From positions 1 to 37,678 of the IMG/VR virus record IMGVR_UViG_3300046747_000386: a stretch of DNA of 37,678 nucleotides; one strand, 5' to 3'. The notes beneath the pieces are model-generated. The model was not told where the DNA came from and ran no database searches. It worked only from the letters and a program-made list of their open reading frames with translations. A program made the position numbers and the translations under genes. Positions 17,872 to 23,882 of this stretch are shown here, piece after piece (the first letter of the stretch is position 1; each line of letters begins with the position of its first letter). The DNA is from a virus.

Positions 17872-18008
17872 CGGAAAAGCACCAGCAGCAGCAGAATGAG
17901 AATCACGATGCCGAGAGGCCCTGAGAAGAGCAGCGGCACGTGGTGTGGAAACAGGTAGCTGATGAGCACCAGCACGAGCAGCACGACCAGCACATCACGC
18001 AGACTCAT
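17868..18008 (-). CDS. Holin-like two-TMD protein, 46 aa (MSLRDVLVVLLVLVLISYLFPHHVPLLFSGPLGIVILILLLLVLFR)
   Basis: Track ORF 17868..18131 trimmed to the ATG at 18008 (ATGA with the resolvase stop). Immediately upstream of the endolysin. Confidence 0.6.
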   Translation of the reverse strand: MSLRDVLVVLLVLVLISYLFPHHVPLLFSGPLGIVILILLLLVLFR

Positions 18009-18622
18009 GTTCCCCCCATCAGCGGCAACTGCCTGGCCGCTGCTCTCTTCACGCTGCCTTTGAGGCGCACGAGCTTGCGCCCGTGCTCGAGCATCGCCAC
18101 GCCGTCGATCGCGCCCCACGCTGCGATGCACACGGCCTCCGCCTCGTTGTGGTCGGTGAGGTTTTCCCCCACGTGCTGCGAGGCCCAGAGCAGCGCGCGT
18201 GCCTTGAGTGCGTCTGCGCCGATCGACTGGCCTGTGCCGAGCACGCGTGCACGCCAGTCACGCGGCGTCACCTTGAGCCGCAGGGCCTCGGGGTGGCCGA
18301 TGCCGTCCAGCAGCTCGTCCCAGCGCCCTCGCGCAGCGCCCAGGCCAAGAAGCATCGCTGCATTGCGCGTCGGCGCTTGGTCGCTGCCATCTGCGTTCTT
18401 GCGGCCGCCGTAGCTCAGGCTGATGCCGCTGTGGTCCTCGAACACCACGAGCAGATTGGCCGCTTGATGCGCATGCTCGTACACGCGGTCGAGCGCGTAC
18501 AGGCGACCATTGCGGCCCTTCGCGACTCCGTGCTCGAACACGCGTCCGCCGCATGGCGCGATCGCCCAACCTGACGTCGCCGCTTGGTCGATGCCGAGCA
18601 CGTGCGTGGGGGCGTACTTCAC
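18005..18622 (-). CDS. RuvC-like Holliday junction resolvase, 205 aa
   Basis: Track ORF 18005..18844 trimmed to the GTG at 18622. N-terminal VLGIDQAATSGWA (catalytic Asp strand) and C-terminal DHNEAEAVCIAAWG. Confidence 0.65.
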   Translation of the reverse strand: MKYAPTHVLGIDQAATSGWAIAPCGGRVFEHGVAKGRNGRLYALDRVYEHAHQAANLLVVFEDHSGISLSYGGRKNADGSDQAPTRNAAMLLGLGAARGRWDELLDGIGHPEALRLKVTPRDWRARVLGTGQSIGADALKARALLWASQHVGENLTDHNEAEAVCIAAWGAIDGVAMLEHGRKLVRLKGSVKRAAARQLPLMGGT

Positions 18623-18849
18623 GCTGTCCCCCTCTCGCGCATCGAGCGCCGCGTGCTCAGTGGCAGCTGCTCGTCGCAGATCGCGTCGAACACCTCCCGA
18701 GCGTGCTGCACTTCGCGCATGCGCTGCAGGCTCCACGCCGCGAGCACGAGCCCTGCGCCGTCCATGCACGCTGCGCAGAACTGTCCGCGCACGCTGCCGA
18801 CGCGGTAGCTCTGCACAAGCCGTGTGCTCTGACAGACTGCGCATTTCAT
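18619..18849 (-). CDS. Zinc-ribbon mini-protein, 76 aa (CAVC...CAAC)
   Basis: Track ORF 18619..19209 trimmed to the ATG at 18849 (ATGA overlap). MKCAVCQSTRLVQSYRVGSVRGQFCAACMDG. Confidence 0.6.
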   Translation of the reverse strand: MKCAVCQSTRLVQSYRVGSVRGQFCAACMDGAGLVLAAWSLQRMREVQHAREVFDAICDEQLPLSTRRSMRERGTA

Positions 18850-19316
18850 GCGTTCCTCCAGCCTCGCGGGAGCAAGTGCTCGCCGCGTGTTTGCTTCTCG
18901 GCCCAGCCGCGCTCGACGCTCAGCCCGTCGACGGCGTAGTGGTCGTGTGCGAAGCGCTCGAGCTGCTCGAGGCGCTTGTCGAGCGCGACATCGCGCTGGG
19001 CGTCTTCGCGCAACGTCGCCCACATCCACGCGAGCGCCGAGAGCTTGCGCGCGTTCTCTGCCTCGACCCACGTGACGTGCTCGCGGTACTTGCCGAGGCC
19101 GACCGCGGTGTCTTTCTCGCTCGCGATGTTTGCCACGAGCTGGCGCGCTGCAGCGACGTTGCCGTCGCGGCCGTGCTGCCGCGCTTGGTCGATCGCGGCC
19201 TGGAGCCACGAGGGCGGCGCTTCGAAGCGCAGCGGCGTGAACGCGACGAGGTGGTCGAGGCCATCGCGTGCAATCGCGCCGCGGTTTTCGTCGAGCGTGT
19301 CAGCGTCCGAATGCAC
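18846..19316 (-). CDS. Hypothetical protein, 156 aa
   Basis: ORF track; 17-nt overlap with the upstream gene; normal composition. Confidence 0.6.
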   Translation of the reverse strand: MHSDADTLDENRGAIARDGLDHLVAFTPLRFEAPPSWLQAAIDQARQHGRDGNVAAARQLVANIASEKDTAVGLGKYREHVTWVEAENARKLSALAWMWATLREDAQRDVALDKRLEQLERFAHDHYAVDGLSVERGWAEKQTRGEHLLPRGWRNA

Positions 19317-20220
19317 GGCGTGGCTCCCCTCCCCGACTGCCGTCGAGGTCCTTTTCGAGCTGGCGAATCTGGCTCAGAACGCGGGTCATCTCGTCGCCGA
19401 ACTCACCGCGGTCGACGAGCGTTTTGTGCTCTGCACGCAGCGCTGCGAGCTGCTGGTGGGGCGTGCTCTTCGCCACCGTCGGCGCTTCGCGCGGCTCGAA
19501 ATATTTGTGCGCATCGCGAGCCAAATGCGCGATCGGGAAGTGCTGCGAGCGGCACCACGCATCGGCGAAAAACGTGTCGAGCGTTCGGGCGAGGTTTGCC
19601 TCGAGCTCGCCCGACAGCGAGCTCAGCCATGCCGCGAGCGTCGCCACGCCTGGGTCGCTCGAGCGGGTCCACAGGCTCCCCTCGGCCGCCTCGAACCGCC
19701 GGGCGAACTCTTGCCGCACGACCCGCTCGGTCTCTCCCTGCCGGCCAGGCTCGCCCGCCTGCGCGCGCGCGCTCTCTCTCTCACGGATAGGATCGGATAG
19801 GAGAGGAGAGGAGAGGAGAGGAGAGGGAGACGCGCGCGCGGTAACCGGGTCACATGTGATGGGGTCTGACGGTGTTTCGTGACGTCCATTTGTTGTCACG
19901 CGTGACGTTCGCGATTTCCTCTGTCGTTCTGCAGCCTGTTCACGCTGCTCATCCCCCCTGACTATCTGAGGTTGCCACTCTGAGAAGTCATGAAATGCAT
20001 ACCCCTCGGGGGTCTCCAGCCACAGTCCAGCCTCGATCAGCTCCTGTACAGCTCGTTTTGTACGGCCCAAGCGCTTAAAAATGTCTCTCGGAACGCTCCC
20101 GTCTTTGCGATATCGAGCCGTCCACGAGCCCGCTTGGACCCACAAAGCGAGCGCGGCGTCACTTAATTCGGTGACTTTCTCGTGACCCCAGAAGCCATCG
20201 TCGATGCGAAACCAGGTCAT
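19300..20220 (-). CDS. Replication-organiser / initiator-like protein, 306 aa (N-terminal wHTH-type domain, SP-rich linker, C-terminal domain)
   Basis: Track ORF 19300..20388 trimmed to the ATG at 20220 (ATGA with the methyltransferase stop). The N-terminus MTWFRIDDGFWGHEKVTELSDAALALWVQAGSWTARY resembles the N-terminal domain of phage replisome-organiser proteins. This is recalled from memory and was not searched. Confidence 0.55.
   Translation of the reverse strand: MTWFRIDDGFWGHEKVTELSDAALALWVQAGSWTARYRKDGSVPRDIFKRLGRTKRAVQELIEAGLWLETPEGYAFHDFSEWQPQIVRGDEQREQAAERQRKSRTSRVTTNGRHETPSDPITCDPVTARASPSPLLSSPLLSDPIRERESARAQAGEPGRQGETERVVRQEFARRFEAAEGSLWTRSSDPGVATLAAWLSSLSGELEANLARTLDTFFADAWCRSQHFPIAHLARDAHKYFEPREAPTVAKSTPHQQLAALRAEHKTLVDRGEFGDEMTRVLSQIRQLEKDLDGSRGGEPRRAFGR
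19761..19840. repeat. Simple-repeat cluster inside the replication gene: (GC)6, (TC)5, GGATAG-GATC-GGATAG, (GGAGA)5 + GGGAGA, (CG)5
   Basis: Read directly: gcgcgcgcgcgc 19761-19772, tctctctctc 19773-19782, ggataggatcggatag 19785-19800, GGAGA x5 19800-19824, gggaga 19825-19830, cgcgcgcgcg 19831-19840. Confidence 0.9.
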
Positions 20221-20834
20221 GAAACCCACACCTCCTCGACCACGTTCGCGAGCTCGCCGTCCTGGCGCGGCTTCTGCCGGCGCTCGATCGTGAGCACGAC
20301 GCTGTCGAAGCTCGGGGACTGGTCGCCGCCGTAGTCGACGCGGCTTGGGAGACGCGCGCGACGCCGCACGACGCCCTTCCGCGCCCACAGGAGGCGGTCA
20401 CGCGAGCCTCCGTACTCGAAGCTTGTCGGGAACACGCCGACGACCACAGGGGCAATCTCGAGGGCGCGCAGCACAAAGCGCAGGTGCCCCTCGTCCTCGA
20501 AGGGCGGATTCATCACGACGACGTCGAAGGCGTCGACCCAGAGCGGCTGAAACATCGGATCGAAGAAGTCGCCCACGAACACCATCGCCTCGTAGCGAGC
20601 GATGCAGTACTCGGCCCACGCAAGGTCGAGCTCCACACCCGTGATGTTCGCGGGGGCATGTCCTGCGCGCAGAAGAGCCTCGATGAGGTTGCCGCTTCCG
20701 CACGAAGGCTCGAGCACACGCACTCCGCACGGCACCCACGCGGCGATCTTCTTCGCCAGCCACGGCGGCGTGAACCACTGCGACAGCGCAGGCTTGAGCT
20801 CAGGCTCGCCGAAGAGGGCGCGTTGCTCACCCAT
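20217..20834 (-). CDS. Small SAM-dependent N-methyltransferase, 205 aa (NPPF type; orphan N6-adenine DNA MTase most likely)
   Basis: ORF track. QWFTPPWLAKKI (motif X-like), VLEPSCGSGNL (motif I), VVVMNPPFE (motif IV). No restriction partner nearby. Confidence 0.7.
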   Translation of the reverse strand: MGEQRALFGEPELKPALSQWFTPPWLAKKIAAWVPCGVRVLEPSCGSGNLIEALLRAGHAPANITGVELDLAWAEYCIARYEAMVFVGDFFDPMFQPLWVDAFDVVVMNPPFEDEGHLRFVLRALEIAPVVVGVFPTSFEYGGSRDRLLWARKGVVRRRARLPSRVDYGGDQSPSFDSVVLTIERRQKPRQDGELANVVEEVWVS

Positions 20835-21090
20835 GGCTCGCGCTCCTCAGCCGATAGCTCGTGAAGGTGCCGCCGTGGAAGAGCGCGATCGCTTCTCCTC
20901 GCTCACGCAGCACACGCAGCCCGCAGCGCACGTCGCCCGCGTCGACGAGCTCGCCGCGCACACGCTCTCCGCCGTCGCGCAGGAGCGCGACGATGCCGTC
21001 GACGGTCGGCGCGTCACTCGCATCCGGTATCTCCACCATGGTCGTGAGCGCCAGGTGAACGAGCCCCGCGCATTGCGATTCATAGGTCAC
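20827..21090 (-). CDS. Hypothetical protein, 87 aa
   Basis: ORF track; GTGA overlap with the upstream stop. Confidence 0.55.
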   Translation of the reverse strand: MTYESQCAGLVHLALTTMVEIPDASDAPTVDGIVALLRDGGERVRGELVDAGDVRCGLRVLRERGEAIALFHGGTFTSYRLRSASHG

Positions 21091-21311
21091 GGCAGCCCGC
21101 CTCCCGTGCCCTCTGGAGGCGGCACTGTCTTACGCATGCGCATGTCCCCGCGCATGATGTCGGCGGCGCGTGTCATCGCGCCCTCGAGCGTCGAGAACTC
21201 CCACGCCGTCTCGGTGCGCTCGGCCAAGTCCACCATCACGCTGAACGTGCCGTCCTCGCGGTCGCGACAGACGTGCACCGTCGCAATCAGGTCTGCGCGG
21301 CGCAGGCTCAT
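21087..21311 (-). CDS. Hypothetical protein, 74 aa (MSLRRADLIATVHVCRDREDGTF...)
   Basis: Track ORF 21087..21428 trimmed to the ATG at 21311 (ATGA overlap). Confidence 0.5.
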   Translation of the reverse strand: MSLRRADLIATVHVCRDREDGTFSVMVDLAERTETAWEFSTLEGAMTRAADIMRGDMRMRKTVPPPEGTGGGLP

Positions 21312-21457
21312 GAGGCCCATCCGAGCGCGACCAGCACCTGGCCCATGCCGTAGACGACGAGCCAGACGACGGCCGCGGCCACGGCGACAGAGACCAGCGC
21401 GAGGAGCGCGAGGACGAGCCACTGGCACGCCGTGAGCCCGCGCAGGTCGTCGCTCAT
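21308..21457 (-). CDS. Candidate 49-aa membrane protein MSDDLRGLTACQWLVLALLALVSVAVAAAVVWLVVYGMGQVLVALGWAS
   Basis: Hand translation; ATGA overlaps at both ends; below the track cutoff. Confidence 0.45.
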   Translation of the reverse strand: MSDDLRGLTACQWLVLALLALVSVAVAAAVVWLVVYGMGQVLVALGWAS

Positions 21458-21600
21458 GGCGCTGTCCTGCGCATGCGCCGGAAGCTCTCGAGGTCGCGCA
21501 TGCGCCTCTCAGCGGCGCGGCGTTCGAGGACGGTCTCGAGCCACCAGGCGCCGAGCACAGGCGCGCAGCAGGCTGCGGTGAAGGCGAGGAGGGCGGTCAC
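21454..21600 (-). CDS. Candidate 48-aa membrane protein (VTALLAFTAACCAPVLGAWWLETVLERRAAERRMRDLESFRRMRRTAP)
   Basis: C-terminal part of track ORF 21454..21804, trimmed to the GTG at 21600 (GTGA with the Cro-like stop). Confidence 0.4.
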   Translation of the reverse strand: MTALLAFTAACCAPVLGAWWLETVLERRAAERRMRDLESFRRMRRTAP

Positions 21601-21836
21601 GACGCGCGCCGCCACTTGCTCGGCCGGCCGATGGCGACGCCCTTGATATCGCCGACCTTCACCTCGCCATGGGTGAAACTGCACAGAACGCGCGCCACCT
21701 CGAGCGAGACGAGGCGCTTCTGCGCGCCGTGCACCGTGCTGTAGGCGAGCCCCGACTTGAGCTCGATCTCGCGCATGGTTCCGCGCGGTTGCTTGCGGAC
21801 CCAACGCCCGAACGCGGTTAGACCTTCCTCGTCCAT
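21597..21836 (-). CDS. Cro-like HTH regulator, 79 aa; first gene of the leftward block
   Basis: ORF track. HTH-like TMREIELKSGLAYSTVHGA. Divergent from the CI-like gene across an AT-richer spacer. Confidence 0.65.
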   Translation of the reverse strand: MDEEGLTAFGRWVRKQPRGTMREIELKSGLAYSTVHGAQKRLVSLEVARVLCSFTHGEVKVGDIKGVAIGRPSKWRRAS

Positions 21837-21962
21837 ATAGGAACCGACTATAGTAGACGCTGGATTAAGGCAAGCAAGAATCTATTGCGAACAGCCTCAG
21901 TGTAGGATAGTCCCTATATTGCTATGCTATACGCGCATGCTTCAGTGTTGCTGCCACAAAGC
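21837..21962. promoter_or_regulatory. Divergent immunity control region with TYCCTATA boxes and sigma70-like elements
   Basis: TATAGGAA 21836-21843 (inverted TTCCTATA), palindrome ACTATAGT 21847-21854, TCCCTATATT 21911-20. Leftward TTGCTT (plus 21872-77), 16-nt spacer, TACTAT (plus 21850-55). Rightward -10-like TATATT 21915-20 with a poor -35. Local GC is clearly lower than the genome. Confidence 0.55.
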
Positions 21963-22541
21963 ATGGCAACGAATGAGGAAATCCCGGACATCCGCGTCAT
22001 CAAGGCCATGGTTGACGCCCGTCTGCTTGAGCTGAAAATGAGCAAGGTCGCGCTCGCAAAAAAGCTCGGCTACTCCGGCTACGGCGGCTACTACGACCTG
22101 TTCAGCGCCAAGCGCACGGCGATGACGCACGAGAGGCTCGGCGACATCGCGGAGGCGCTCAACTGGGGAAGGACACGCTTCACCGACCCAGAGGGAGCCA
22201 TCAAGCGCGAGGAGTTCGTGCGCCTCGAGTTCCAGAAGTACCTCGAGACCGACGTGGCGAAGGCGCGCGACCCGGAGACCAACAAGATCCTCGGCTCGAT
22301 GCAGTGGCTCGGAAAGTACCTGCCGACTGTCGACCTCTACCAGGTGGTCGCGCTCGCGATGGAGGGGAAGTACAAGGCCGAAGAGCTGCAGGAGGCCGCC
22401 GAGCTCGCGCGACGCGACCATGCAGCGGAGGAGGCGCTCCACGTCGAGCTCGCCAAGACCGAGCCTGCGTGCGAGAAGCGCCGCCAGGCAGTGGCGCCTG
22501 ACAAGCCCGCAAGCAAGCCGGCACTCAGACGCAAGAAATAG
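21963..22541 (+). CDS. CI-like XRE-family HTH repressor, 192 aa (alternative start 21924)
   Basis: ORF track 21924..22541. HTH MSKVALAKKLGYSGYGGYYDLF. Divergent from the Cro-like gene. No S24 peptidase motif seen. Confidence 0.65.
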   Translation: MATNEEIPDIRVIKAMVDARLLELKMSKVALAKKLGYSGYGGYYDLFSAKRTAMTHERLGDIAEALNWGRTRFTDPEGAIKREEFVRLEFQKYLETDVAKARDPETNKILGSMQWLGKYLPTVDLYQVVALAMEGKYKAEELQEAAELARRDHAAEEALHVELAKTEPACEKRRQAVAPDKPASKPALRRKK

Positions 22542-22573
22542 CGCAGGTCACCCAACAAGGCCGAAAAGTAACC

Positions 22574-22603
22574 TTGCTAGGGCATTCGAAGACCATGTAG
22601 CTT
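22574..22603 (+). promoter_or_regulatory. Candidate promoter TTGCTA-N18-TAGCTT for the 96-aa gene
   Basis: TTGCTA 22574-79 and TAGCTT 22598-603. The ATG at 22612 lies only 8 nt past the -10. Confidence 0.3.
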
Positions 22604-22611
22604 GTTTCCCC

Positions 22612-22902
22612 ATGCGGGGGACACTGGCGCGAAACCTGGCGCGCGACGCCGGATACTTAGTCGTTCCGGTGACGGAACACGGCGTATTGCGCGTGCGCGA
22701 TGGCGTACTGGAGGTGGGCCCCGACGCGTCCATCCACGCGATCGCCACGCTCGCCTGCTATCGCCAGTGCGAGCTACACGGCGCGCACTCCGCGCAAGAC
22801 GTGCGCGAGCTCGTCGAGTACTTCGGCTTCCGCTACGAGCCCACACGTGCGCATCTCAAGCGCGCCGGCAAGAGCGGCGTCGCGTACCGCGCGGTCTCTT
22901 AG
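22612..22902 (+). CDS. Hypothetical protein, 96 aa (moron candidate)
   Basis: Track ORF 22420..22902 trimmed to the ATG at 22612. The upstream part overlaps the repressor gene out of frame. Confidence 0.5.
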   Translation: MRGTLARNLARDAGYLVVPVTEHGVLRVRDGVLEVGPDASIHAIATLACYRQCELHGAHSAQDVRELVEYFGFRYEPTRAHLKRAGKSGVAYRAVS

Positions 22903-23363
22903 TACCGGACGATGTCGTGCGAGTCGAAATTGTCGTCGTCGTCGAAGCAGCCGAACTCCAGCTTGCCCGTGCCGCTGCCGTCGCCATCGCCGACCTTCAC
23001 GCGCGCGAACACCTGCGCGCCTGAGGCTGTGACGAGCGTCAGTCTGTCGCCTTGGACGATGACCTTTGCAGACCCCGTCTGGTCGGCGTCCTCGCACGAG
23101 CCGCTGCCCCACGTCCACGCGACACGTTCGCCCTCGACTGCGAAGGTGCCTGTGTAGATCTCCACGCCGATGCTGCCGTCGTCGAAGTCGCACGCCTCTT
23201 TCCACTCCATCGCGTCGCCCTCGAAGTTGAGAATCATCGCACACTCGTATTCGCCCGACTCGCTCACCCAGTTTCCTTGAACCTCATCCGCAAGCCCGCC
23301 ACCGCCGTCGCCTCCACACCCGATAACCAGCGACAAGCACGCAGTTTTCAATAGCTGACGCAT
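22899..23363 (-). CDS. Lipoprotein, 154 aa (MRQLLKTACLSLVIGC lipobox); independently promoted moron
   Basis: Track ORF 22899..23864 trimmed to the ATG at 23363. Signal peptide plus L-V-I-G-C, with GGGGGAGG SD 6 nt upstream. Confidence 0.7.
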   Translation of the reverse strand: MRQLLKTACLSLVIGCGGDGGGGLADEVQGNWVSESGEYECAMILNFEGDAMEWKEACDFDDGSIGVEIYTGTFAVEGERVAWTWGSGSCEDADQTGSAKVIVQGDRLTLVTASGAQVFARVKVGDGDGSGTGKLEFGCFDDDDNFDSHDIVRY

Positions 23364-23395
23364 ACAGAACCTCCCCCGCTCCCGATTATATCGAC
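23364..23395 (-). promoter_or_regulatory. SD and perfect TATAAT -10 for the lipoprotein gene
   Basis: Plus-strand attata at 23385-23390 reads TATAAT on the minus strand. cctccccc at 23369-23376 reads GGGGGAGG on the minus strand. Confidence 0.45.
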
Positions 23396-23438
23396 CGAGC
23401 CTCTCTGCCGGTCTCCTCAAGATCGTACCTCGTGAGCC

Positions 23439-23468
23439 TTGACGATTCCTATAGTTCATTCCTATAGT
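23439..23468 (+). promoter_or_regulatory. Early rightward promoter TTGACG-N18-TATAGT overlapped by two direct ATTCCTATAGT boxes
   Basis: TTGACG 23439-44 and TATAGT 23463-68. attcctatagt occurs at 23446-56 and again at 23458-68. The first ATG of the operon is at 23475. Confidence 0.55.
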
Positions 23469-23474
23469 CGTCGT

Positions 23475-23882
23475 ATGCCTGCTCCTACCCACGCAGCCCA
23501 GCTCGACAAGCTCGCCAACTACATCGCCGCCGACATGATGCGCAGCGCGCAGGCCGCGGCGCTTGCCGCCATCGACCAGCAGTTCGCACTCGCGGCCCTG
23601 ATCGGCTTCGCGAGCCGCCTCAAAGCGCGCCGCGTGACCCGCCTCGAGGCCGAGCGCGTCCGCTGGCGTGAGGACGGCGCGCATGTCGAGCTGGTCGACG
23701 GCGCGGTGCTGGTCGTCACGGTGCACGAGCGCGACAAGCAGCGCCCGCCGACCGTCGAGCTCGAGCACCTGCACCGCCTGGGCGAGGTCGTGAAGACGGG
23801 CGCGGTCGCCGAGGCCTGGCTCGAGGCGCACGAGCGCGAGCTGGTCGACAGCTGGGCCGAGCATTGCCGGAGCGAGCGATGA
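23475..23882 (+). CDS. Hypothetical early protein, 135 aa
   Basis: Track ORF 23439..23882 trimmed to the ATG at 23475, because 23439-68 reads as a promoter. Confidence 0.55.
   Translation: MPAPTHAAQLDKLANYIAADMMRSAQAAALAAIDQQFALAALIGFASRLKARRVTRLEAERVRWREDGAHVELVDGAVLVVTVHERDKQRPPTVELEHLHRLGEVVKTGAVAEAWLEAHERELVDSWAEHCRSER

Noticed and set aside
21924-21962. Track start codon at 21924 for the repressor (MLYAHASVLLPQS...)
   Set aside because: It lies only 3 nt after the only plausible -10 (TATATT 21915-20), and the extra 13 residues look non-native. I prefer the in-frame ATG at 21963, but the choice is unproven.
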